Of a stretch of 64,000 nucleotides of DNA, positions 37,158 through 50,589 are shown one piece after another; the first letter of the stretch is position 1, and each line of letters begins with the position of its first letter. The stretch is taken from positions 827,334 through 891,333 of the forward strand of contig MU004185.1 in the NCBI GenBank assembly GCA_010093605.1, in the 5' to 3' direction. The position numbers and the translations under genes are program-made. The notes below the pieces were generated by a model. That model was not told the origin of the DNA. It searched no databases and saw nothing but the letters and a program-made list of their open reading frames with translations. This DNA is from Lophium mytilinum. Its lineage: Eukaryota.

Positions 37158-38897
37158 CTAGTACTGCATCCAACTCCCCATCTGCCGGAAGAGCTTCCAC
37201 TCCTTCTCAATCCTCTTTTCAACGCCCCTCAGCGCTCCTACATCTCCTCTCGTCATATCAACTTCTACCTCCTGCACTTTCCTTTGCACAGCTCTTGCAA
37301 ACGAGCTATCCTTCCCGTGACTCGACGCTACATTGCTCTGTACCTCGATCAGAAGTCCATAAATAATAATCCCGAGGTCGACACCCTGCTCCACCATGTC
37401 CCGCGTCATTGGGTTGTCCTGTTCGCTCCCTAGATACATCAGCAGCATCGCCAGCCTCCAGTTGTGCACTACCCGCATGGGATGATGAGGTTCGGGGAAC
37501 AGGACGGGATCAACGTGGAAGTACGACTTTGCGCCCTGTGCGAAAGCGATGCCGTGGTTGCCAGTTGATATCATGTTGACCAGCAGGTCGTGTCGCAATG
37601 CGGCATAGGGCTGTCGATGGACTGGGAACAGCTTGGACTGGAAGCAAGTCCGCATTCCATCTTCGATCAGGCTGATAGCCTGGCGAGGGTCAGAGGTCGA
37701 CCGTGCAGTCTCCAGCTTATCGAAAGCAACGCCCTGGATGACCGCGGCGCGGCGAGAGTTGACGTCGTCGCCGACGTAGTTCGCGGGCTCTTTGGCGAAT
37801 GGTGTTTCCCGGAGCAGGTGATCGGCAGTCGCTTTCCACTTGGCATCAAGATTGTTTGGAGAGATGCTGTAGAGGTCGGAAGGCGTTGTTGGACCCTTTT
37901 GGCATTTCGTGCATTTGCAGGTAAAGTGCCAACGCTGCTTGAGTTCCTGCTGGCGCCGGGCGAATGGATTCGTACCGTCGACATAAGAGATGAAGATCTC
38001 TTCGTCCTTTTTGATTGGTCTGAGAGAGCGGAAGGAAATCACTGGCCCGTCCATTACTACAACGGCATTTGGGTCACAGGATTGATTTGCCATTGCTGCT
38101 AGCGGGTCTATACAGATGCCCACTGGATCGTATGTCGGGGTTACCAGGGTTAAGGAGTTGGTCAAAACCTTCACAAGAATGAGTATCCAATGGCAGTCAG
38201 AATGATGGGGATTGACAGTATTATAGCAGAAAGTGGGAGATGGTAGCAGATAATAGCAGGGAATCTTACCCTTCCCAACATTTCTGTTGCGAAGCCTAAT
38301 GTGAACTCTGCCTGTGTCATCGAAAATGCCCATGCTCCTTGAGCCACAAGCTGAACTTCCATCCACTTCTCCCCTCCAGCCGCTCTCATATCCTCAATGT
38401 GAGACTCCATGCTGAGCACAGATTCCCAAGTCTCGTCATTGATGAGGCCCTTGGCTCGTCGTATCAGAAACTGCATAGTTGCCCTCGCGGCTGTGGGCAT
38501 ATTGCCCTTCGAAACTGTGCTAGCCATGATTTCGCATTCATATTTGTGGTGTCGCTTCCACCCCTCCTTTTGACAAGCCTATATGATATTAGTATGCGTG
38601 TGTGCCAATCACCGTGGCCATACTGACTCTGCTACAATATCCGACGGTCCTGCAACCTGTGCACGCTTTGACCCCATTGGACTCGACATTAGGCCGACTT
38701 CCGATAGAAGACTCAGCAGTCCATTTGAAGCAGTTTGCGCAGGTATCAGAGAGCCGTGCTGCTTCGACTACGCCGACCAAAGGTCGAGAAATCGAGAGGA
38801 CTGATTCACCCGCTGGGATCGCTTTGTCGGCGAACAGCCCATTTCCAGAAGTCTGAGATTTCCCTATACGAGCATATGCTTGGTTGGACATTGTCAT
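37158..38897 (-). CDS. SET and MYND domain lysine methyltransferase (SMYD-like)
   Basis: GNGLFADKAIPAGE, MYND CANC...CTGCRTVGYCS and AAMANQSCDPNA...EEIFISYVD...FTCKCTKC; two introns. Confidence 0.9.
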
Positions 38898-39306
38898 ATA
38901 ACAACTTGGCGAGGTTTGTGCTCCAGCAGGATGAGGTTTGTGAGGAAATAGACGTTGAGGGGGCGGCGGTGTACGCATTCGACGTCAGACCAATCAAACT
39001 AAAAATCGCGTCGACGCGAGATCCCATGATCAGGCGTATCTGATTCCATCCCAATTTCACGAAGGGGCACTTGAGCGCGCTGAACTTTAGGCTTGTACTT
39101 CATATTCCAGCTGAGGCACGTTGGTCTTTGTGGGTGGTAATATCGCATATTATTGCGCACATTATGGTAGCTAACTGTTAAATAGTGGCATGTATACCTG
39201 TCACCTGCCGAATAGACAGCTGCCAGACAGTCATTTCCCGATATGTGAGCTATATAATTTCCTCATCGGAAGAGGCAGCAAAAGGCATATGGATAGGGTA
39301 TCTCTC

Positions 39307-41197
39307 CTAAGAAAGAAAACCAGTGCTACCAAGATATTTGATAGCCTGGAAGGCAAGCATGTCCGCAGCTTTCTCCTCCTGCTCCACCATCTACACAAAC
39401 TATTAGCACGAACTTCTTTGAGGATATCGAACAACTCACCCTATCGTACAATGTCACTCGCTTTTTGGGGTCCTTCGCTGCCATTTCTGCTGGATGCAAG
39501 AATTTGCACCTCTTGTTGGTGCATTTTCCGGATCTCTTGTGGTATGGACAGATTGTCTGCTCGGTCTTTTGCTTCATGGGATCTTTCGGAGGTGGCACGC
39601 GCATTGGTAGGTGCGCCTTTGATGTCTTTTCTTCGGGTGCTGAGTCTTCGTCATCAGATTCGGACTCTGAAACCGAATCCGACTCTGAGTCCGAGTCTGA
39701 AGAGCCATCGCTGTCCGTGGATCTGCTTGCAGATTCGGTGTCACTTCCGTAATCCAGACCAAGACCATTTTTTGAAAGCCCCACGCCGGATGGCGCAGAC
39801 GGAGTCTTGACTTCAATGGTGCCAATCTGTCCCAGTGTGGAAGTGCCTTCAGACTTAGCGAGCATTTCCTCACTCTTCTGCAACTTCTTTCGCAGCTTTT
39901 CGATCTTTTTGAGCTGCCTTCCATGTTCCACTTGTTTCCGCTCAACCTCAGAAGTCGATTTTGGCTTCTTATCAGCTTTCTTGTCCTTCTTCTCTGATTT
40001 GACCGCGGCGCCAGCCTTGGGCCCCGCTTCCTCCTTCACGCGCCGAAGTATTGCCTGTTCGTTTGCTAGTCTGACATGGTCCTCCTCCAGCTTCTGCTTG
40101 GCGCGAGCTTTAGTCGGGTAGAGTCTCCTCCGCTCGCGGATCCACGCTGCAATCTCCGCCGGAGAATTTAGAGCCGCCGTCTCGCCGTTGTATTCGAAAA
40201 TAAGACTTCACATTCGGACAATTAGTAATAGAATTTCAGAGAGTCGTGTAGTTAGGACTAACCCTGTGATATTCGCTCCAAAGATAGTCTCCTCATCAAC
40301 GCTTTCTAGGTCGCTATCACTATGATCGACCTGAGGCGTAAGACCTAGTAGATTACCCTTTTTCGCCTTCTTTCCGTCCCTTTTACCTTTCGGAAGAGTT
40401 GGCGGTGGTGCTAGCGAAGCTTTCGGAGCGGTTGGAAGTGTAATACCAAAGCTGGGGACGGTAGGTGGCACCTTCGCCTTTGCTTTCGCGGGCTTTGATC
40501 TCGTCGACGCATTATTTTGAGTTTTAGGAAGATGGCGTTCTTGATGTCCTTCATTCGAAACCCGCTTCCTCTTGCTACCGGCCATAGCGGGAGGGGACTG
40601 TTGGTTTCTGAAGTTCCGGGGTGGCGACGTTGGGTACTGGCCGGGGACCGTATGATTGACTTGAGCAGGCACATTCTGCACCCCAGCTTGAGATACCATA
40701 AATGTCGAGAAAGCCTGCATGAATGCCATCGGATCAATTTGTGGTTGAACATGCGCCGTATTCTGCATTTGAGGGGCCATCATAGCCAGCGAGGGGTTGA
40801 CGTATGCGTTGGCGGGAACTTGGGCCTGGCCGTACGCAGTTGACGATGTTTGCGGGGATTGGGTTTGAGCTTGCTGTTGCTGTGGTACATAGCTGTGCCC
40901 GTAGTGTTGATTTTGGCCTCGACTTCTTCCAGCATGCTCTTGTTGACGCTCCCCACCAGCTTGCGGGCTGCGAGACTGTTGAAAGCCATGGCTTCCTCGT
41001 TGTGGTTGCCTTCTGGTGTGTGTATTGCTCTGCCCACGCCCACGCCCACGACCTCCAAGACTGCCTCTTCCGCCTCTATCACCACGGTAGTTGCTGTTGT
41101 AGCCACCTCTTTGCGAGGAACTGCTCGGAGCGGAAGGTTCTGGGGCCGTCGATCTCGGAGGAGGCGGCGGGGGCGGAGGGAAGGAGAAGCCTGCCAT
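39307..41197 (-). CDS. NUFIP1/Rsa1-domain protein with CCCH zinc finger (box C/D snoRNP assembly-like)
   Basis: NLLGLTP, FEYNGETAALNSPAEIAAWIRERRRLYPT (NUFIP1-like), CPYHKRSGKCTNKRCKFLH and TLYDR|MVEQE...QAIKYLG. Confidence 0.8.
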
Positions 41198-41817
41198 TGC
41201 GTGTGATGTCGCCCTGGTAAAGGGTAATGTTCATGGGGAAGCGTAGGAGGGTGGGGTTCGTAGCTTTGCTGTGCTCTAGTTGTTGCCACGGTCCTTGTCA
41301 TCTGGAAGCTGCTCAGTTGGACGCGGTGGAAAAAGTCCTGAAGCCAGGAAGCTTAAACTTTTTGGCTCTTATCTTATCGCTCGCGTCCTCACGTGATATA
41401 CTTGCTCCTACAAATGTATGTGCAATGTCTGACTATGCTGGACTGACTTTTCACTTCGATTCACTAGCTAGTAGGATACAATACTCGAGACCCCCCCCAG
41501 TCACATCTTTAATCAATGATGTTGTGAGATTGACCATGCGAGACAGCTGTGATCTGTCGACTACCCTATCCAAGTATTGCACGATGGAGGCTCTAAAAAA
41601 ACGTACAGAGGGCTGATTCATATTAGCGGCACTAAACATCGTGAATCATAGCTCACAAAGATATACTGCCTTTGCAAATACAGTACCTGTGCAAGATATT
41701 CTAACACCACCGCAGGATTGGCAGATATATAATACTCGGAAGACTTGAACAGGCTATTACAACACGACCTATGAAGTCATATCATTAACTTTTTCCGTTG
41801 GAAGAGTTCCGTGTATC

Positions 41818-42157
41818 TCATTCCCCAATGACATATGTGCACCCTTGGTCTCCCATCCAAACCTCATGAACACGCTCTGCGTCTACATCCACTCGATCGC
41901 CTACACCAAATGTCTCTTTTGTTGGGTTCTTGTCCTTGGGATATGTTATGGTGAGCTCTCCGTTGGTAATCAGATGGGTCGTCAGGCCACGATGAGAGTG
42001 CGGAGGGTAATAAGCATTCCTGTGGCGAAGCATTAGATGTGTGGTGTGAATGTAGCTGATGAGCTGAAACTTACGGGCCATCGGTCCAAGTAAATACATG
42101 CCTAAACCCCCAAGACCTGACCTCGCTCTCAGCTTGTTTCTTGGATTCTTTGGACAT
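41818..42157 (-). CDS. Small cupin-fold protein
   Basis: MSKESKKQAESEVRSWGFRHVFTWTDGP|NAYYPPHSHRGLTTHLITNGELTI...VHEVWMGDQGCTYVIGE*; one intron. Confidence 0.85.
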
Positions 42158-42631
42158 TGTGAGTAATTGTTAGTTGTTTATGTATGTCGGGGCCTGAGTG
42201 GGATCGGTATGACGTTGACTCCAGCTTGGCGGAATGCTCAACCCGCGGGCAGACTGTTACCACAGTGAATACGACAAGTATTGTGCCTTCTTTACGTCCA
42301 CCCACCGATGTTTTTGCTTCCCAGCGATGCTAGAGCTCGCCGGTGCTCTTCGAATGGATCATCGACGATCAATCGATGTGGTCGAGCTTGCTGTCTGCCA
42401 AGATTTTGCTCAGCTGCCAACGAATTGGAAGATGACGACCTCCTCCTCAGTCCAGTCACTTCTTCTTTTTTCGACAGTGAGGCTAAGAGTAAATTGCCAG
42501 TCCCCAGGGCATAGATAAGACCGTGCAAGACTGACCCGTATTTCGGTGTTTACGGACGCGACTGCAGGCAAGCACCACCACTATTTCACAATCCATAAGC
42601 ATCAAACACCCTCCGCACACCCAGCAACGAC

Positions 42632-45122
42632 ATGGCCAGCTCCCCGCCTTCGAAAATACCTACGCCAAAGCCAGCAGAAGCCAAAATGCCCACCGTAGCA
42701 GCTCCAGATACCGTCCAGCCTGAGCTCCAAGCTGGAGGAGGCGCCCCCGCCAACAATAGCCAAGATGCCAACGCAGTGGAATACCTCTCTCCGGTCCTCA
42801 CAAAGTATATAAAAAACGTGTACGAAGAATTGGGGAAGACGCATTCATTAGCTACAAAGGACGGGTTCCTGAAATGGCTTGCCGAATCTCAAAATTTGGT
42901 CCTCCAGAGTACTGAGCTCTCAACAGTCGACTACTCCTTCTCCCAATTCGCCAAACATCTATCGTCAAGCGCTACAAATGCTATGGGCCCTGCCGCGATA
43001 GTGGACTGCTCGTACCCTATATCAAACTATTTCATTTCCTCTAGTCACAATACCTACTTGACTGGCAATCAACTGTCAAGTGAAGCAAGCGGAGAAGCAT
43101 ACCAGAACGTCAGTAAGACACATTCTGCAGAATCAAACCACATTTACTGATCTTACCAGGTGCTTCTACGAGGGTGTCGGTGTGTGGAGATAGACGTCTG
43201 GGATGGCGAACCGCCTTCAAGCTCTAGTTCCGAAGACGAGTCCGCAGGAGCTCCCAAACCTAAGAAGAAAGAGAAGGTTGAGCAGAAAATAATGAAGAAG
43301 CTAGAACTAAGATTTGGTAGAAGATCTGATCGCAGCCCTTCGAAAGGTGCGAAGGATGCACAACCAGTCTCGAAGACGTCGCCCGAGGACAAAGTCACGC
43401 CATGGAAGTCCACCTCGAGCTCGATACGAGCGGAACCACGAGTCCTTCATGGCTACACACTCACAAAAGAAACCCCCTTTCGAGACGTCTGCAAATCCAT
43501 ACGTGACTATGCTTTCGTAGCCTCGGATCTGCCTGTAATCGTCAGTTTGGAGGTACATACCAGCCTCGAGCAGCAAGAGATCATGGTAGAAATCATGGAG
43601 GAATACTGGAAGGGCATGCTCGTTGATCTTCCGATCACATCTTCTGAGGACACGGCGGACCTTCTTCTACCGCGCTTGGATCAACTTCGGAACAAGATCT
43701 TGATCAAAGTCAAATACACAGCACCAAAGCCTCCGGATGCTGAACCGCCTAAACCGACGAACCTGCAGCTGGAAAAGTCAAAGTCGTCAAGCGCACTCTC
43801 TACATCGTCAGTGTCGTCATCTGAGGTACCCGAGTCAGCTACCAAGCCAGCTGCGCCAAAAGCAAAGATCCTCGAAGCTTTAGGACGACTGGGTATCTAT
43901 ACTCGTAGCTATCACTTCAAAAGCTTCGATCAGCCAGAAGCGAAGATTCCGACGCATGTGTTCTCATTATCCGAGAAGACCCTGATGGAGGTGCATGAAC
44001 AAACACCCACCCAACTCTTCGCCCACAACAAGAATTTCTTTATGCGGGCATATCCCAAAGGCCTCCGCCTCAACTCATCCAATCTAGACCCATCTATCTT
44101 CTGGCGGACTGGTGTCCAGATTGTGGCCCTGAACTGGCAGAAATGGGACGCTGGAATGATGCTCAATGAAGCCATGTTCTCTGGTTATGGTGGCTGGGTG
44201 TTGAAACCCGAAGGCTACCGCAGTGCCAGCACCGCAGACCACCAGGCATCAGCAACGACCCACCACAATCTCGATCTCACGATTGAGTTCTTTGGTGGTC
44301 AGGATATCCCACTTCCACCCGAGGAGCACAATCCCAAGAGCTTCAAGCCTTACGTCAAGTGCGAGCTACATGTGGAAAAGTACGAGGAACGTAGTGATGA
44401 CCCAATCCCTGGAGGTGGGAAGAGCAAAGGCGGTGACTACAAACGACGTACGAAGACAGCAAAGACCCCTGATCCGGATTTCCAGAGGGAAATAGTCCGA
44501 TTCTCAAATGTGAGAGGGGTGACGGAAGAGCTGACGTTTGTGCGGTGAGTAGCCGTTCTGTACATTTTTATTGCCCCCTGCCCTTTGTTTCAGGCTATGC
44601 TCAAGGCTGCGTGGCTCGAATCAAATGCCTTTTGCCACAAAGGTATAGAAGCAGGACGGGATCTAGCCATGCGGATTGCCGTGATCCTCTTGACAGCAGC
44701 ATGAGCCGCAGCTAAGCTGCAGCCATCCTACGGGACGACCCGTCGCACTGCAAGAGTGGCTGTTGTGTGGCGATAATCATCTCGACGCGCGCTCGGAGGT
44801 TCCCATGCTGCACGAAGCCGCTTCTTGTGCTCGAGGCCTCGAGCAAAGCCGTCTTTTCCTCGTCGTACCTGTCTTCGATTTTCCCTCATCCCTCCGCGCA
44901 ATTCATAATACCGCCCCGGAAGACCTGCATAACTCGTACTGACACTACCTCAGGTTCAAAGTTATGGATGATGAGCACTTTAACGACGATCTCGCTGCAT
45001 GGGCCTGCTTCCGCCTCGACCGTCTGCAGCCCGGCCTGCGCATGATCCACTTGTACGATGCGCATGGGGTCCTGACCAAGGGCGTGCTGTTTGTGAGGAT
45101 CGAGAAGAGTGTCAGTACCTGA
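42632..45122 (+). CDS. Phosphoinositide-specific phospholipase C (X, Y, C2 domains)
   Basis: YFISSSHNTYLTGNQL, LRGCRCVEIDVWDG, PVIVSLEVH, MRAYPKGLRLNSSNLDP and QIVALNWQ; C2 domain completed after a 409-nt intron (44545-44953) as FKVMDDE...WACFRLDRLQPGLRMIHL; TGA 45120-45122. Confidence 0.93.
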
Positions 45123-48100
45123 TAAGCAGCTACAAATGCATGCAGCACGGCCACTAGCACTTCAATTCAGCTGTCAAGCGATTGGTTGTCGTGACGCCCA
45201 TGCTGATGTGGATTTCATAGTTTCTGCCCAGGAGGGCACACATGCCCCCGAAACGGTATGTGAGGCAGTTTTGAGGCTTGACGAGGTACCTGCAGATGCG
45301 GCAGGCTGTTTTGGGGGGGGAGGTTCATTGAAAGGAATGGCGATTGAAGAATGGATTACGAATTAATGAATTATGGCTTCTTTGAGCGTCTGGTCTGGGG
45401 AGTTTAGAGCTCCATATCAATACCATGCGGTCTAATGCAACAAATCTGGTTTTGAGGTTGTGTACTGGCCCCTTGGCTCAACTAAACTTTCCTTGAACAA
45501 GTCAAATTACTCAGCACTTCGGGCGCGCATATCGGCACAGCCATGACCAATAGATGAGTTGTTACCTACCGGTGCCGTCTACCTTACTTGAGCACTTCCC
45601 ACAATCGTTCCGCCGTCCGCAACACCCTCCGTTCCTAATCCTCAACACAACGTCGTTCCATCTAATCCAGCCTGATAGGAAGCGGCATACAGCACGCGGG
45701 CATCTCAATAAAAAAGTGTGTGAGATACCGTAACGTCATAAGTACCACCAGCCGCGTCCTGCACGTCGGGAGCTTGCCGAGCCCGCCTGCTGTGCTCGCT
45801 CTCAGCGGATCGCGTTACTTACACAGTAAGAGATTCGCCCGATGCCGGTTTGGTATATTCGTGAGTCAATGTTGTAAGATCAGCGTGGTTTGTGAAAGCA
45901 CGAGGAGCGATTGGGCACGCAGTGTAATGATGAGTTGGAAGATATCCAGAGGGGTGGTATATCGAGTTGCGAGCGTGAACGCGGTGGTTAGGGGTACGGA
46001 GCCGCTTTGGAGGATATCACTGGAGGCCTTAGGGATGGGAAGAACTAGTATGGCTATCGATTTTGGTGCTATGAGAGTTTGCGATATAGGCATCGGTAGC
46101 TGTCTAGGACAGTGACACACCCCGGGGCCGTTGAGAGACTAATTGGGTAAGAGGTCGCGTGACTGCTATTGCCGTCCTTGGCGAAATGGTAGTTCTATTG
46201 GTACTGCGGCAGTAGAGATACCTGGTCGTCTGGGTGTGTTAGCGTGGGCTGTGGATGGGGATACTGGCGTTTGCGCCCTGTGAGTTTGGCGCGGTAGCAC
46301 CTCTATCGCGAGTTGCCGACGATCATAGCAGGGGAATGACGGAGGCTCGCGAAGCGCCCTGGCTTTGAATGGTTTTGTTGTTATGCGAGTACCCTCAGTG
46401 ACCTGGTGTTTGCGAGATTTACGTGCGTGCACACGTGTAATGGGACTTTCCATGGCTCTATGGTAGCAAACAACAAGTAGACACAGTGCTTAGCGAGTCG
46501 GCGAGACGATCCCGAGCTCGTGGTGGAGCAGTGAGGCTCTCAGACGAGAGATCTGTGGCCAGTTCTGAGACATGGTACATTCAGGGGGTACTGTTAGTAA
46601 TAAATAAGCCGTGTCTGCGATCAGGAGTTTGCTTCGTGCTCCGATATTGGTTGATTTTTTACCGTGATTTCTCTAGGTGTACGCTTATAGCATAGAAATT
46701 GAGGGGAGTCGGAGTCTGGTGAAACTGGCGAAAACGATCTCCAGAGTACATTGGGCTTGGCTGTGCACATTTGAGGACCTTGGTGGCCTATCTGCGTCTT
46801 CGTGTAAGAGAATGCTGAAGAATAACACACGGGTTCTTTCCGAATGAATGGTACAGAAATGTAGTGAAGCTTTCATTCGACTAAAACATATGCGATCTTC
46901 ATACTTGGTGGTTTCGGAGGTACTAGCATGGCGGTATGCTTGTCTTGAGAATTGCGCTCACCATGACATCTATGATGCATTTTCAAGGTTAATCTAGAAA
47001 CGCGCCTACCAGCATAGCGATCCCACGGATGGATTTTTTCTAATCGCATGTCTCGTCAGTATTACATTGCCGCCGGTCGGAAAAGTGCCCGGAGAGATGA
47101 GATTGGTATGGAAATCAAAACAACTACCGAATGAACATTGAGAAGACCCACATTGGCGCAATCACCTTAAAGAGATTATCGGCCTTTGCCGTTTCAAGCA
47201 TATGACCCACTTCCGAGCCTGTGGAAGCTTGCTGCAATCCTCGTGGAATATCCAGGTTGCCGGGAGCGTTAGCTGCACATATCGGCCCTAGTATGTTGAG
47301 CTGAGGTGACACAAGTGACTAGCGACGGCGTGACGGGTGGCATGAGCAAAAGTCTCCTAAGGCGTATCACAACGAGAAGACAGAATACCTTCACACCTAC
47401 GGGTTGTAAAGGGCACGTAGAAACATTTTGCAGGACCTATAAGGCTATGGTTTCCCCCCCCCCGAAAGAGTTGTAAGCAATGAAGATAGTCTGACCAGTG
47501 ATTCCGCTACGAGTTGCTATTGCCGTGCATGGCCTGTCATTGATGCTCCCGAGTGACAAGATCGACGCCAGGGGTTTCCGGGGATGTTCCGCGGGAGGGA
47601 AGAGATAGCGGTGAGGTCACTTGCTTGTAGCTAGGACCGCTGTGCCGCTAAAGGCCTAGGTCTCCGAGAGAAAATCCATATTCAAGATGACGCTGGACAA
47701 GGAACCTCGTAGCGATCATCGTGTGCGACGCAAAATCGGCTCTGCGCTCAGCTGGACGAGGGTTTGAGGACGTACCAAGGTATATTTCCGGAATAACGAA
47801 CCAGACAACGGGAGATGAAAGATGGAACAGCCGTACACGCAATTGTGGACTTGCAGGACAGTGTTGAAAGGGAGCGGGTACAGCGGGAAAACGACAGGAA
47901 GGTACGTTGGCTTCGACTACAGCTCGAGGTTCCACATCTTAGCTCTTAGCTGCATGCTTAGCTGCAGCATGTCGGCTCGTTCGTATTTGCACAAGGGTAC
48001 CTTGGCCGTGCAAGCTGGGCGCAAGGCGTCCTGCTTCGTGTGTCGATTCCCAGGATTCGGTCGAAACGGGAACCTTACTCTAATGCCGCCACCGGCAGGA

Positions 48101-50014
48101 ACTCCCCTCGAGAGGCCTACCTCGTGCTCGAGTATCTTCACGTATACGAATATAGTAGCTTTGGAGGCTGCAGGAATAGCGTGCGAACAAGGGTCTGGAT
48201 ATGCCACCTTGCGGCACCATGGTGTTTTCAGCCAAGTAGGGGAAAGTGACCAGTCGCATTCAACACCGCGCAATCGCTTGCTTGTAAGGAGGAATCTTCC
48301 GACTGGCCAGCGATCTGGACAGCTGCATACAGCCGCAGTGACCATCGCCGACACAGCGCCGAACTCGTCGCCGAGTGGATAAATGTGCTACGTGATAGGT
48401 TCTCTGAGCGCATATTCAAGCCATCATGCTGAGGACATGGTGTCCGCGGCAAGCCTAAGGCCGTAAGGATGTTAGACCTACTCACATTCTCGACGGACGC
48501 AACGAGCAACGAGCGACTCAAAAGAGACGGAGTAGGACGGATCATAATCCGATAGCCCCGACCACTGGGCTCGCACTTCGCCAGGTCTTGTGAGGTAGAT
48601 CGGTCCTACAGCCAGCGAAAGACTTTGAGTACCAATCAGGATAAAGTCTCGAAGCTGCATGACCTAGAAGTTTGCTCCCGTTTGTATCGTTCCAAATTCG
48701 GGCGAGGCCATGGCTAGTTCCGCCACAATGTTTTTGGCCACTGACGGTAGTCTACTAGCGAGTTTGATTGAAGCCATTGGATCATTACGGAGCATGAAAT
48801 AAGGATGAAAGTCGATGTGGAAGTGAAGAGAAGCAAGTGCAGAGCTTTAGCAAATAACTCTGAACCATGGCTTGCCGTGCTACACGATTCACTAGGGGCG
48901 CATTATCGCAACGTAGTCAGGAGCTATCGGATACAATGCCAATGGATTGGGTTCCTGTGCTACGCCGGCCTCTCGAGGAGCGTCACGTAACCTCGATGCG
49001 GGACGAGAAGCAGACGCCCGCGCAGAAGGTTAGGGACGATCCAGGGGAGAGGCGGATTGAGGAGTATAAAGCCATGCTCACCAGGCTTCGTTTTTGTCCG
49101 CCACCACAACCATCAACTCTTCCAATTTTTCCACCTCTTCTCCTTTAGACCCAACGAAAAGCAATCCTCCACCGTTGACAGTTCGAAATGCCTTTCTCAA
49201 CCGGCCACCAAAATTGCTCCGAGGAGCTTAGCGAAGTCTTTATCGCTAGTGGTCCCATTTCCACCATGCCTGTTCGTCTACCTTCTCGGTCTATTGTGAG
49301 ATGACCTTTAATAGTAACGGTTGTGCAGGTTCCCGGTAAGCGTTGCCCAGCTTGCCTCGAGAAAGGCGAGACTGTTTGGGTCATTCAAGGAAAGTGCTGC
49401 CCTCAATGTGGAACGCCAGTCAACTAGTCGAACCAGTATGTGTCTGAGAGCGTGCTTCCTTTCGCACATCCCCTTGCTGATTGAGCATAGCAGCCATGGA
49501 TTAACGACGGCATTCGCAGCTCCAGAATTTCCTGGTTACCGTCAGAATACGAGGCTTTGTCCGAGATGCTGTGGGTTGCTTGAAGGCGGAGAAAGAGCTC
49601 ATGGTCTCTGCAGATGTCGGGCGTCTTTGCGGGTGTGTCTTTTCCACGGATGGCGTCGCTGGAGTCGAAAAGTTTTCATGATCCTGTTCCTCGCATTTGT
49701 TCTTCTTGAGGTCTCATCGATAATGTGCGAAACGGAATTGAACGAAGAAACTGTAATGGAGAACAACGTCTGTTTGCAACCAATGAGCCAATTGACAAAC
49801 AACGGTGATGCACCTTCCTTGATTGGCTAATGCGGCGTTCCAATGTGACCGATGTAATCAAGGTACTCGGCATGATAAAGAAGTTCGCATTCCAAGGAAG
49901 GCTCCGAAAGGAATCTTTGCAAAGGGTTCCAACTTGTATTACGGTGTTGACGAATCACACGCCTGCACACCTCTTCATTTGCCTCCAGCTTACGTAAACC
50001 CCTTTCGATGCACC

Positions 50015-50589
50015 TTATTGGCTGTTATTGCATGAGTGGACGTTTGACCAAATGGGATTAGAGAACCAAAAACCGACCTGGTCAACGTCCGGATGAACGT
50101 TGTGCCTTGGGAGTGTCGGAATAGAGTGCCGGGATCCATTATGGTCTTGGAGATATGCATTAGAAGGAAACGGTTTCTCGTTACGACCTCGAATTATACC
50201 TTGCTGGACAGCACGTGCAGTGTGGTCAGTTGAAGGATGGTGAACCGAATCGCTACGGTGTTGTGGTAAGATTGAGTTCGATATGGGGTGATCCGTAGGC
50301 TTCGGTTCCAAGTATAGATGCAAGGGATTTCGATCCCATGTCTGTTCAGAGCAAGGGGGTCCACCCGAAGGCTGCCACGGCAATTCTTGATCACCAGCAG
50401 GGCCATTAGGACTATGACTAGCTGGATGTGGAGCGTATAAAGAAAAGTGAACTTACCTGGCATGTAGGTCCGAGGGGGGTAAAAGGACGGCCCACCATCT
50501 GGGTCCGTGGATACCTCTGCTGGGATAGGGGACGCTACGGAGATGGCCGATGGCGTAGGAGTTCGTACACAGGCACAACAACACACCAT
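50015..50589 (-). CDS. Candidate orphan two-exon gene (~167 aa)
   Basis: TATATA ~90 nt upstream, caacATG start, GTAAGT...CTAAT...AAG intron (50456-50386) joining two ORFs in frame; no recognisable homology. Confidence 0.25.

Noticed and set aside
47648..49873. Several 90-190 aa ORFs on both strands
   Set aside because: No codon bias, motif or consistent splice signals that I could see; not called as genes.
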